A stretch of 64,000 bases of DNA, from positions 1 through 64,000 of the IMG/VR virus record IMGVR_UViG_3300042465_005589; one strand, written 5' to 3'. Position numbers and translations under genes: made by a program. Below the pieces are notes generated by a model. That model saw nothing but the letters and a program-made list of their open reading frames with translations. It was not told the origin of the DNA and ran no database searches. How positions within the stretch are numbered: position 1 is the stretch's first letter; each line of letters starts with the position of its first letter. Positions 10,427 through 19,333 of the stretch are shown here, piece by piece.

Positions 10427-11284
10427 ATGATAAATTTTAATACAGAGTACTATAGTAATAATTATTACTTCTTTTTAAAAGAAAGAGAGGACAAAATATC
10501 CTTATATTATTCTATTGCGGATACTTTAACTGAATCTAGAAAGAATGATGAGAGAATTGATTTCGATAAAAAAGATTCTAAAAAAATTAAAAATATTGTT
10601 GGGAATGTTTTAAAATCTAAAACAAAAGTTTCTAAAAACGCGTTAACTAAAAAGTTAAAAAGTATTAAACCTAAAAAAGAAATTGATGAATTAGTTGATT
10701 CTGATGGCTCAATGTTAAGTTCAAAAATACCATTTCTTAATCAAACATTAACACCTCATAAAACTACCGACCAAACAGTTGCAATGGCAAGAATTACAAA
10801 TGACCCTGTTACTAGAGGTTATAGAGTTTATTATGGTGAGAGTAAAGAAAAGTCTGATGAAGTTATTAATGAGGTAGATTATTCGGAAGCGTTTGGATAT
10901 GAGGAAACAAAAGATATGGATTTTGATGATACCGTTAAAACTCTTGAAGAGATGGGTGTGGAAAACGCTATTGAACGAGCAAAACAATTTGGAAAGTTAC
11001 CAAAAGAAGAAATTGAAAATGGTGAACTAAGACAGAGATTATCAGAAAAGGATAGTATTGAGGAACAACAAAAACAAAAAATGATTAAAATGGTTGAGGA
11101 TATGTTAACCAAAAAATCTAAATCATCTGATGTTGTTAACAAGTCTTCAGGAAATTCTGACGTTATTAAAAATAAAGGTGTAAGTAAAATATTATTAAAA
11201 AATATTGAGTCAATTAAAAAAATTGCAGATAAAGAAGGAATTAGTATTAATATGTTAATCAAAGCTTTGAAATCTAATGAATAA
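10427..11284 (+). CDS. hypothetical protein, probable internal head protein
   Basis: charged, several LTE/IDE/INE/LSE sites, preceded by late motif. Confidence 0.6.
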   Translation: MINFNTEYYSNNYYFFLKEREDKISLYYSIADTLTESRKNDERIDFDKKDSKKIKNIVGNVLKSKTKVSKNALTKKLKSIKPKKEIDELVDSDGSMLSSKIPFLNQTLTPHKTTDQTVAMARITNDPVTRGYRVYYGESKEKSDEVINEVDYSEAFGYEETKDMDFDDTVKTLEEMGVENAIERAKQFGKLPKEEIENGELRQRLSEKDSIEEQQKQKMIKMVEDMLTKKSKSSDVVNKSSGNSDVIKNKGVSKILLKNIESIKKIADKEGISINMLIKALKSNE

Positions 11285-11747
11285 AGATTTATACGGAAAT
11301 ACCGTTCAACTACCTGAAGATGTTGTAGAATATTTACAACAATGTTTTGATTCCGCAAATACGGATGACACAACCATTGAAGGTCACAAAAGAAATCAAG
11401 AATTAAGAGATAGTCGTGAAGTTACTTACCAACAATTAAAACGAATGAAAAATTGGTTTGATAATTTTAATGGACTTGAGAACGATTTACCATTTATCTT
11501 AAACGGTGGTCATTATGTTAAGAATTGGGTTAACGATACTTTAGGGGGGATGAGAGACAATGTTTATCTTGGTAAGAAAGCAAAAGCAGAAGTATTACCA
11601 AATCAATTCATACAAACACACACGAAAGATAATTTAAATAATATGAATAGGTCAAGTAAAAACCATAATTCAACTGTTGGAGATATTAATAAAAATATCA
11701 CAGAAAATTTAAAAAGAATAAACGAATTAATAAAAAAAATAATTTAA
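11277..11747 (+). CDS. hypothetical protein
   Basis: overlaps upstream gene; C-terminal ITENLKRINELIKK amphipathic motif. Confidence 0.65.
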   Translation: MNKDLYGNTVQLPEDVVEYLQQCFDSANTDDTTIEGHKRNQELRDSREVTYQQLKRMKNWFDNFNGLENDLPFILNGGHYVKNWVNDTLGGMRDNVYLGKKAKAEVLPNQFIQTHTKDNLNNMNRSSKNHNSTVGDINKNITENLKRINELIKKII

Positions 11748-11748
11748 C

Positions 11749-12042
11749 ATGGCAAATTTAGAACCTTTAGATTTCGCACAACCTGAAAACGAATTATCTG
11801 CAATTGCGGATATGCAAAGAAAAATGTTATTTCCTAAAAATGACTTTAAAATTACTAATCAATACTCATCCGTTAATCCTGATGCTTTAGCAGATGGAGA
11901 TACTCAAGGTAAAGGTACAGGAGGGTTTTTAGATGTTTACAATCAAAATGCGGGAGCAATTCAAGACATTATGGAAAGAAAGTCTGAACTAGTTGTTAAC
12001 GAATACAAAGAAGACAAACCATACACGACACCAAGTGCATAA
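11749..12042 (+). CDS. hypothetical protein
   Basis: 97-aa ORF, TAATG coupling to next gene. Confidence 0.65.
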   Translation: MANLEPLDFAQPENELSAIADMQRKMLFPKNDFKITNQYSSVNPDALADGDTQGKGTGGFLDVYNQNAGAIQDIMERKSELVVNEYKEDKPYTTPSA

Positions 12043-12725
12043 TGAAACTTTACAACACATTTAAATCACTTATTTTAGAAATAGCGTCTGTTGACTCTAT
12101 AGTCGACGCTATAAAAAAACGAGATAAGATTATAATTTACTATGATGGTGATGAACCAGGTGGTCGAGGATTACGTTTAATCGAGCCCGTTTGTTTTGGT
12201 TATTCAAAAGCGGATAACCCTGTTGTTAGAGCATGGGACTCACAAGGAGCTTCACACACTGCGTATTTAGGTGAACAACCATTACCAGGATGGAGACTTT
12301 TTAGAGCCGATAAAATATTTTCTTTCAAACCAACAGGAGAAACATTTAACGAGGCAAAACCAAACTATAATCCTAATGGGGATAAAAGTATGAATCGAGT
12401 TATTATTAACGCAGATTTTTCTGAAGTAACCCCACAAACACCGGAAACGCCAGCCCCTGAAACAGAAACTGAAGTTGCGGTCGATGATGTAATTAACGAT
12501 GTAATTATTACTACCGTTAATGATATGATTAATAGTATTATAGAAAAAGATGGTGTTGATTCGTTAGAGGGTGTTGATTTATCAAAAGCCGCTGAATCAT
12601 ATAAAAGAATATATTCAGGCATTGAGGGTAAAATTCGTAGAAACTTATCCAATCAAGAAAAGAATGATTTAAGACCAAAAGTTTCAGAACTAATAAAACA
12701 ATCTCAAAGTTTAATTAAAAAATAA
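12042..12725 (+). CDS. WYL-domain protein without HTH
   Basis: IIIYY...R.IEP...VRAW...WRLFRADKI...TGETF WYL pattern; short leader MKLYNTFKSLILE; acidic C-terminal helical region. Confidence 0.75.
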   Translation: MKLYNTFKSLILEIASVDSIVDAIKKRDKIIIYYDGDEPGGRGLRLIEPVCFGYSKADNPVVRAWDSQGASHTAYLGEQPLPGWRLFRADKIFSFKPTGETFNEAKPNYNPNGDKSMNRVIINADFSEVTPQTPETPAPETETEVAVDDVINDVIITTVNDMINSIIEKDGVDSLEGVDLSKAAESYKRIYSGIEGKIRRNLSNQEKNDLRPKVSELIKQSQSLIKK

Positions 12726-12726
12726 T

Positions 12727-13320
12727 ATGACAAACGAAAATGATTTAATTCAAAAACTTATGATTTCCAAACAGATAATGGAAAAACATAATCAAACACC
12801 AAGAGGTGGTATGCCATCGATGGATTCGTATAACACTCCAGAAGTCGCAACTTATAACGCTCCTCCCGCAACATATAATTTACCTCAAGATATGTTACAA
12901 GAAGCTTCGGTACCTGTACAACAAGTTAATCAACCAATGACTCAAGATAGAGTTATGGCATCAAAATTACCGGATGAAATTAAAAGATTAATGATTGAAC
13001 ATCCAATTTCACAACCTGCTGGTATGGGAGGTCCAACATTATCTAATGATTTAATCGATAAAGCGGCAAGATTAATGAATACTGATGCTCGAGGTAATCA
13101 AGTTAATCAGGTAAAACAAAAAGTTCAAGAACAATCACAACCACAACCTAGTTTTAATAATAAACAATTAAGAGACATGTTAAAAGAAGTTGTTGAGGAA
13201 GTTTTGCAAGAAAATGGTATTTTAGCCGAATCAACACAAAAATCAAATGAAGTGTTTTCTTTTAAAGTTGGAAAACATGTGTTTGAAGGTAAAGTAACCA
13301 AAATAAAAAAAATGTCTTAA
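12727..13320 (+). CDS. hypothetical protein, probable head-associated
   Basis: Q/P-rich; LRDMLKEVVEEVLQE and LAE/S motifs. Confidence 0.65.
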   Translation: MTNENDLIQKLMISKQIMEKHNQTPRGGMPSMDSYNTPEVATYNAPPATYNLPQDMLQEASVPVQQVNQPMTQDRVMASKLPDEIKRLMIEHPISQPAGMGGPTLSNDLIDKAARLMNTDARGNQVNQVKQKVQEQSQPQPSFNNKQLRDMLKEVVEEVLQENGILAESTQKSNEVFSFKVGKHVFEGKVTKIKKMS

Positions 13321-13341
13321 ACTTTATTTACTTTAAAATTT

Positions 13342-13372
13342 AAACCCCCTAAGGAAACTTAAGGGGTTTTTT
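13342..13372 (+). terminator. intrinsic terminator
   Basis: aaacccc...ggggttt stem followed by T tract. Confidence 0.8.
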
Positions 13373-13433
13373 ATTTCTTAATTCTTGATATTATGATACT
13401 ATTTAATTATATTTTCTGTGATAATATTAAACT

Positions 13434-14654
13434 ATGAAAGAAAAAATAAATGTTTTAGTTCTCGCGTCAGATAAAACAGGCGTAGGGAAATTCAGGTCTT
13501 TAGACCCACATATTAAGTTACAAAATCTATATCCTGACGATTTCCACGTTGATATTGATTATGAACCAAGAATAAATGATATAAAGTATTGGGATAAATA
13601 CCAAATAATCCATGTGCATCGAAATATTGGTAGTCACTATGACCAAACACCATCAATTGTTAAATATTTAAAATCAATTGGTAAAGTGGTTGTTATTGAT
13701 ATTGATGATTATTGGTTACCAACTATTGACCATCCAATACATAGTATTATTGTTCAAAATAAAATTCACGAGAAAATTGTCGCAAACTTAAAAGAAGCTG
13801 ATTGGGTTACAACCACAACTGACATATTCGCCAATGAAATTCGTAAAATCAATAAAAATGTTTTGGTATTACCAAACGCTATTGACCCTAATGAACAACA
13901 ATTTAATCAACCAACACCACCGTCAGATAAAATCAGAATTGGTTGGTTAGGAGGGTCTTCACATTTACACGATTTAAATTTATTAGGTGATTTCGTTCAA
14001 AAGAATCAAGACATTAATGATAAATTACAATATGTAATTTGTGGGTTCGACACAAGAGGTTCTGTAACTGAAATTAATCCACAAACAGGTGAACAAAAGA
14101 AAAGAGATATTCTTCCACACGAAACTGTATGGGTTAATTATGAGGGTATCTTTACAAATAATTACAAAACATTAGATGAAAATTACATTAAATTCTTAAA
14201 GGAATTTAAAGAGAATGAATATATTTCAGATAAAGAATTACCATACGTTAGAGTTTGGACAAAACCGGTTAATTCTTACGCTATGAATTATTCAAAATTT
14301 GATATATCTTTGGCACCGATTAAAAATCACATCTTTAATAGAATGAAATCTCAATTAAAAGTAATTGAGGCAGGATTCTATAAGAAAGCATTAATTGCGT
14401 CTGAAATTGGACCATATACTATAGATTTAAAACATTGTTTAAAAAATGGGGTATTCACCGACGAAGGAAATGCGATTTTAATCCCTGAAAGTAGGAACCA
14501 TAGTGATTGGTCTAAATCAATTAAAAAATTAGTTCAGAATCCTGAAATGATAACTGAGTTAGGAGAGAGATTATATAATACCGTAAAAGACAAATATGAC
14601 CTTAATAAAGTAACGGTTACAAGAGCGGAGTTTTACAAAAGTTTAATCAAATAA
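13434..14654 (+). CDS. glycosyltransferase, GT-B fold (GT4-like)
   Basis: DIDDYW, IGWLGGSSH, DISLAP...FN..KS.LKVIEAG motifs. Confidence 0.8.
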   Translation: MKEKINVLVLASDKTGVGKFRSLDPHIKLQNLYPDDFHVDIDYEPRINDIKYWDKYQIIHVHRNIGSHYDQTPSIVKYLKSIGKVVVIDIDDYWLPTIDHPIHSIIVQNKIHEKIVANLKEADWVTTTTDIFANEIRKINKNVLVLPNAIDPNEQQFNQPTPPSDKIRIGWLGGSSHLHDLNLLGDFVQKNQDINDKLQYVICGFDTRGSVTEINPQTGEQKKRDILPHETVWVNYEGIFTNNYKTLDENYIKFLKEFKENEYISDKELPYVRVWTKPVNSYAMNYSKFDISLAPIKNHIFNRMKSQLKVIEAGFYKKALIASEIGPYTIDLKHCLKNGVFTDEGNAILIPESRNHSDWSKSIKKLVQNPEMITELGERLYNTVKDKYDLNKVTVTRAEFYKSLIK

Positions 14655-14664
14655 AAAACAAAAA

Positions 14665-15375
14665 ATGATAAAAATACCTTTAACTAAAATATTATTTTTA
14701 GATATAGAAACTGTTGGAATTGAAAAAGATTATGACACTTGTTTAGAAAAGAGACCTGAACTCGCTAAACAATTTGACAAATATTACGATTGGTTTTTAA
14801 AACGATTTCCTGAAGATAAGGAAATTGAAGTTAACCAAAAAAATACAGTGTTTGCAACAAGAACAGCTTTAGTTCCTGAATTTGCAAAAATTGTTTGTAT
14901 GAGTGTTGCGTTTGTAATGGATAATGGAGATATAAAAAAAACAACCTTTTCCGGAGACAACGAAAAAGAGGTATTAAAAGAATGTCAAAAATTATTAGAC
15001 CGTTGTGGTAAATTAGATTTTTTTCTATGTGGACATAATTTAAAAAACTTTGACATTCCAATGACAGCTAAAAGAATGATTATTAATGGATTATTACCCC
15101 CATCAATTCTACCTTCTTACGATACAAAGCCGTGGGAAATCAAAGCTATTGATACTAGAGAAATTTGGCAATATGGTGCTTATACAGCGATTGGGTCATT
15201 AGACTTGATGTGTACTTCAATGGAAGTTCCATCACCAAAAGAGGGTGAAGTTACCGGAGATAAAGTACACGACGCATATTGGAACAAAGATATGTTAGAA
15301 GAAATATCTGCATATTGTGAACGTGACGTATTAGTCTTAATTGACATAATAAAAAAATTAAAAGAATTAGAATAA
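14665..15375 (+). CDS. DEDD 3'-5' exonuclease (PolB-exonuclease-like)
   Basis: FLDIET, GHNLKNFDIP, YCERDV. Confidence 0.85.
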   Translation: MIKIPLTKILFLDIETVGIEKDYDTCLEKRPELAKQFDKYYDWFLKRFPEDKEIEVNQKNTVFATRTALVPEFAKIVCMSVAFVMDNGDIKKTTFSGDNEKEVLKECQKLLDRCGKLDFFLCGHNLKNFDIPMTAKRMIINGLLPPSILPSYDTKPWEIKAIDTREIWQYGAYTAIGSLDLMCTSMEVPSPKEGEVTGDKVHDAYWNKDMLEEISAYCERDVLVLIDIIKKLKELE

Positions 15376-16055
15376 TGTTTAACGAAGATTTAGATTTTTT
15401 AAAAAACAAAGCGGAAGAATTAAAAAAATTAGCGAATATTGATTTAGATGATTTAAGTTATGATGATATAATGAGTGAATTTGGTTTGGATTTAAAACAA
15501 CTTGAAGAAGATATGTTAAATTCAAAAACAAGATTACCATTAGGATTTGTAAAAATTCATCCCGACGCAATAACCCCGAAATATAATTATGATAGTGATT
15601 CAGGTTTTGACCTACATTCTGTTGAAGATGTTACCATAGAAGCTTTCGGTCGAGCGTTAGTTCCTAGCGGACTATCCTTTGATATTAAAGATGGATATGA
15701 GATTCAAGTTAGGACTAAAAGTGGTTTAGCCATTAATCAGGGTCTTATGGTTTTAAACTCACCTGGAACTGTGGATTGTTTTTCAGAAGATATGAAAATA
15801 CTAACAATTAAGGGTGAAAAAACGATAAATGAATTAAATCTTAATGATGTTATCTTTTCATTTAATGAAAAGACATTAGAAATTGAAAAAGATATTATTA
15901 CCAACATTTTTAACACGGAAGAACAGGAAATAATTGTTTTTGAAACTGACAATGGAATATTAGAGGTTACACCTAATAGTGAAGTTTATACTAAAAGAGG
16001 GTTATTGTTGGCTAAAGATGTGAAAGAAAATGATGAGATTATTGTTTTTTATTAA
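15375..16055 (+). CDS. dut: dUTPase N-terminal part fused to N-half of a split intein
   Basis: dUTPase motifs SGFDL and RTKSG, half of motif 3 (GTVD), then intein block A CFSEDMKILT; ends at TAA. Confidence 0.9.
   Translation: MFNEDLDFLKNKAEELKKLANIDLDDLSYDDIMSEFGLDLKQLEEDMLNSKTRLPLGFVKIHPDAITPKYNYDSDSGFDLHSVEDVTIEAFGRALVPSGLSFDIKDGYEIQVRTKSGLAINQGLMVLNSPGTVDCFSEDMKILTIKGEKTINELNLNDVIFSFNEKTLEIEKDIITNIFNTEEQEIIVFETDNGILEVTPNSEVYTKRGLLLAKDVKENDEIIVFY
15777..16052 (+). mobile_element. split intein N-fragment (92 aa)
   Basis: Cys1 (codon 135); Hint-like blocks; block B reads EVTPNSEVY; ends AKDVKENDEIIVFY. Confidence 0.85.
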
Positions 16056-16064
16056 CCTGTGTAA

Positions 16065-16071
16065 TATTTAT
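16065..16071 (+). promoter_or_regulatory. putative late promoter motif for the endonuclease and the IntC-dUTPase gene
   Basis: TATTTAT 20 nt upstream of ATG 16092. Confidence 0.5.
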
Positions 16072-16091
16072 CAATAAAGATAAAGGGTATA

Positions 16092-16976
16092 ATGGTAAAA
16101 TGTTTAATTTGTGGGGTAGAAAAAAAATGTTCAATTGTTGAACATTTAAAATTTGTACATCAATTAAAATCTGATGAGTATAAAAAAATGTTCTTTGGTT
16201 CAAAAGTTAAATCAGATGACGAACTATTAAAAATGTCGGATAGAGCCAAAAAAAATTGGAGTAGTCCTGAGTATAAAGAATCTCAAATTAAAATTAGAAA
16301 AATTACACATCAAGACCCAATTTTTAAAGAAAAGATGTCTGAAACTTTAAAGAAAAAACATAAAGAAAATCCGGAGTTATTCACAGGATTTACTCAATGG
16401 TCTAAAACTGAGAAATATAAAGAATGGGTTATATCAAAAGAACGAACAGATAAAATATCTAAAACTAGTAAAAAAAGATGGGAGAATGACGAATATCGAG
16501 AAAAAACCATCAATTCTATTAAGAAATCATTAAATGATGGAAGGTGTGATAAATCGTTAGAGTTTAGAGAAAAAATGTCAATAATTATTTCAAAATTATA
16601 TGCAAATGGTACAATATCTAACGAATCAAATAAATATAAAACAGGTAAATATAATTCAAAAACAAATGAGGTATTTTTATATTCCTCATCATATGAATTG
16701 GAATCTATGGTATTATTTGATGATTCCAACAATATAAAAAGTTGGACTAATAAACATGGAATTAGAATTAAATATTTTTATAATAATTTAAATAGAAATT
16801 ATGTTCCCGATTTTTTAGTTGAGTTTATAAATGGAGTTACTTATATTATTGAAATGAAAGGATGGAACACTGAAGAGGTTGATATTAAAGAATATTACAC
16901 AAAAAAAACATACCCTAACTATAAAATATTCTATAGTGTTAACGAATTAAAACAATTTATAAATGAAAACAACTAA
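16092..16976 (+). CDS. free-standing putative homing endonuclease (C2H2 finger, NUMOD-like basic repeats, TnsA-like PD-(D/E)XK domain)
   Basis: CLIC...H...H; repeated KMS/KIS..K..W....Y helices; YSSSYE...YVPDFLV...IIEMKG. Confidence 0.75.
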   Translation: MVKCLICGVEKKCSIVEHLKFVHQLKSDEYKKMFFGSKVKSDDELLKMSDRAKKNWSSPEYKESQIKIRKITHQDPIFKEKMSETLKKKHKENPELFTGFTQWSKTEKYKEWVISKERTDKISKTSKKRWENDEYREKTINSIKKSLNDGRCDKSLEFREKMSIIISKLYANGTISNESNKYKTGKYNSKTNEVFLYSSSYELESMVLFDDSNNIKSWTNKHGIRIKYFYNNLNRNYVPDFLVEFINGVTYIIEMKGWNTEEVDIKEYYTKKTYPNYKIFYSVNELKQFINENN

Positions 16977-17070
16977 AATACTTAAAATTTCAAAAACAAG
17001 AAAACAAACTTATGATATTACCGTTGAAAATAATCATAATTTTTTCTGTAACAATCATTTAATTCATAAT
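16963..17070 (+). mobile_element. split intein C-fragment (36 aa)
   Basis: TYDITVENNHNFF (block F), LIHN (block G), followed by Cys+1. Confidence 0.9.
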
Positions 17071-17268
17071 TGTGGTTATACCGGAGAAGTTAAAGGAATT
17101 ATATTTAACACCAATAATCATCCTGTAACAATAACTAAAGGAATGAAATTTGGTCAAGCGGTGTTGTGTCCCGTTGTAAATGGGGGTTGGGTTCATTTGG
17201 ACCAAAGAGACAAAGTTACAGATAAAGAAAGAGGTGATAATGGGTTTGGCTCAACAGGATTAATATGA
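16963..17268 (+). CDS. dut: C-half of split intein fused to dUTPase C-terminal part
   Basis: after HN: CGYTGE (rest of motif 3), KFGQ (motif 4), RGDNGFGSTG (motif 5). Confidence 0.9.
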   Translation: MKTTKILKISKTRKQTYDITVENNHNFFCNNHLIHNCGYTGEVKGIIFNTNNHPVTITKGMKFGQAVLCPVVNGGWVHLDQRDKVTDKERGDNGFGSTGLI

Positions 17269-18773
17269 TAACAGTAATATACTCAACACATAAAGATGAA
17301 CAATATAATAACAAATTTAAACAACATTTGTTACAAACCGTTGGTTTAAAAGACGTTCAAATTTTAGAATACAAAAACAATAATGAATTTAGTTTGGCTG
17401 AGATTTACAATAAAGGTATTTCTCAATCAATTTTTGATATTGTAATTTGTTGTCATAACGATATCAAATTAGAAAATGGTTGGGGAAAAAAATTATTAAA
17501 AGATTTTTCAAATAACCCTGATTATGGGATTATTGGAAAAGCCGGTTCTTGTTATTTTCCTGAATCAGGGGTGTACTGGGAACGTATGCAACAAACAATG
17601 GTGGGACAAGTTTATCACCATCCCGATGGTCAAAATAAATGGTTAAGTAAATATTCTTTAAAATTACCATATTTAATTCCAGTAGTAACTATTGATGGGT
17701 TATTTATATCATTTGATAAAACAAAAATTAATCATCAATTTGATGAAACAATTGGAAGATTCCATTTTTACGACCATTTATTCTGTATTCCTAATTATAT
17801 AGATGGTATTAAAATTGGTGTAACATCTTCTTTTGAAATTACACATCAGTCCGTTGGGAGACCGAATCAAGAATTTTGGGAAAGTAAAGATAAATTTATT
17901 GAAAAGTGGGGAAGTAATTTGCCATTAGATTTAAAACCTGAAAAAATTTACATTCCTGAAATAAAAGAAAAACCAATTAAGAATATTGGTAGAGTTGCGG
18001 TTATAATCCCAACCAAAGGAAATGTTGAAATGTTAAAAGAATGTGTTGATTCATTTTACAATTATTGTAATTCTGAGTTATTTGATATTTTTATTGCGGA
18101 CACCGGTTCTACGGATGATGAAAAAGAAATATTAAAAAACAATATAAAAAATTATAACAACATAAAACTAATTGAGTACGATTACTATAATTTTTCAAAA
18201 ATTAATAATGATGTTGTAAAAAATCACGTAACAAATAAACACGAATTTTTATTATTCTGTAATAATGATATTAAATTATTAAATAATGTTATTTATGGAA
18301 TGTTAAATATTTTTAAAACAACACCCAAAGTTGGTACCGTTGGGTGTCGACTTCATTTTGAAGATAATACTATTCAACACAACGGTGTTATTTTAGCTAT
18401 AAATTCAAATAATATTTTTAATATTGGTCATGAAAATTTTAGTTGTTACTATAATTATATAATAAATAAAACAGAGGTTATTGGAAATACTGCAGCACTG
18501 ATGATGATTAAAACAAATATATTTAAAGATAATGGTATGTTTAATGAGAATTATCTTGAGTGTTTTGAAGATGTAGAATTAAATTTTAAATGTGTAATAA
18601 GTGGATATAAAAATTATATGTGTGGTGATTTAGTTGGTTATCATTATGAAAGTAAAACTAGAAATAACGATAACAATAAATTAACAAAACAAAACGAAGA
18701 TTACTTAAAAAGATTATTACCATTTTTAAATAAAAATTATCTTAAACTATTAAAACTAATTAAAAAAAATTAA
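17265..18773 (+). CDS. two-domain GT2-family glycosyltransferase
   Basis: CHNDI and CNNDI motifs, VIIPTK, ADTGSTD, FEDVEL. Confidence 0.85.
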   Translation: MITVIYSTHKDEQYNNKFKQHLLQTVGLKDVQILEYKNNNEFSLAEIYNKGISQSIFDIVICCHNDIKLENGWGKKLLKDFSNNPDYGIIGKAGSCYFPESGVYWERMQQTMVGQVYHHPDGQNKWLSKYSLKLPYLIPVVTIDGLFISFDKTKINHQFDETIGRFHFYDHLFCIPNYIDGIKIGVTSSFEITHQSVGRPNQEFWESKDKFIEKWGSNLPLDLKPEKIYIPEIKEKPIKNIGRVAVIIPTKGNVEMLKECVDSFYNYCNSELFDIFIADTGSTDDEKEILKNNIKNYNNIKLIEYDYYNFSKINNDVVKNHVTNKHEFLLFCNNDIKLLNNVIYGMLNIFKTTPKVGTVGCRLHFEDNTIQHNGVILAINSNNIFNIGHENFSCYYNYIINKTEVIGNTAALMMIKTNIFKDNGMFNENYLECFEDVELNFKCVISGYKNYMCGDLVGYHYESKTRNNDNNKLTKQNEDYLKRLLPFLNKNYLKLLKLIKKN

Positions 18774-19333
18774 TGATAACGTTTTTAGCAACAGCATATA
18801 AAGAGACAACAGATTCTTATCAATTTATAAGTTCTTTAATATTACAACAAAACCCAAATTGGGAGTGTATAATTCATTGTGATGAAAAAAATGAATATCT
18901 TGAAAAGTGTGTTAATTTTTTTAATTCGGATAAAATAAAAGTGATATATAATGAAACACCAACGTCTTATTGGGGACATTTTAACCGAAAAAATACATTA
19001 GAATTAGTGAGTACTGAGTTTGTAATTCAAACGTCTATTCAGGACTATTATACACCTAACACCGTAAGTGAATTATTGTCAAATTTGACTGATTGTGATA
19101 TGGTTATGTATAATTGTATCCATAACCATTTTAATTATAATGTGTTAGACTCTACACCTATTAGATGTAGAATTGATTGGGGTTCATTTGTCATAAGAAC
19201 AGACATAGCCAAAAAAGTGGGGATTAATCATCCTGAATCACCATTTTGCGATGGTATTTTTGTTGAAGAATGTTTAAAACATCCAAATATAAGAACGAAA
19301 AAAATAAATAAAATATTAACTGTACATAATTAA
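18773..19333 (+). CDS. GT2-like glycosyltransferase (short)
   Basis: LILQQNPNWECIIHCD N-terminal GT-A pattern. Confidence 0.6.
   Translation: MITFLATAYKETTDSYQFISSLILQQNPNWECIIHCDEKNEYLEKCVNFFNSDKIKVIYNETPTSYWGHFNRKNTLELVSTEFVIQTSIQDYYTPNTVSELLSNLTDCDMVMYNCIHNHFNYNVLDSTPIRCRIDWGSFVIRTDIAKKVGINHPESPFCDGIFVEECLKHPNIRTKKINKILTVHN

Noticed and set aside
15375-17268. dUTPase pseudogene or group I intron interruption
   Set aside because: Both halves keep all dUTPase motifs and carry intein termini exactly at the break; the 36-nt gap and 14-nt overlap leave no evident room for an intron core.
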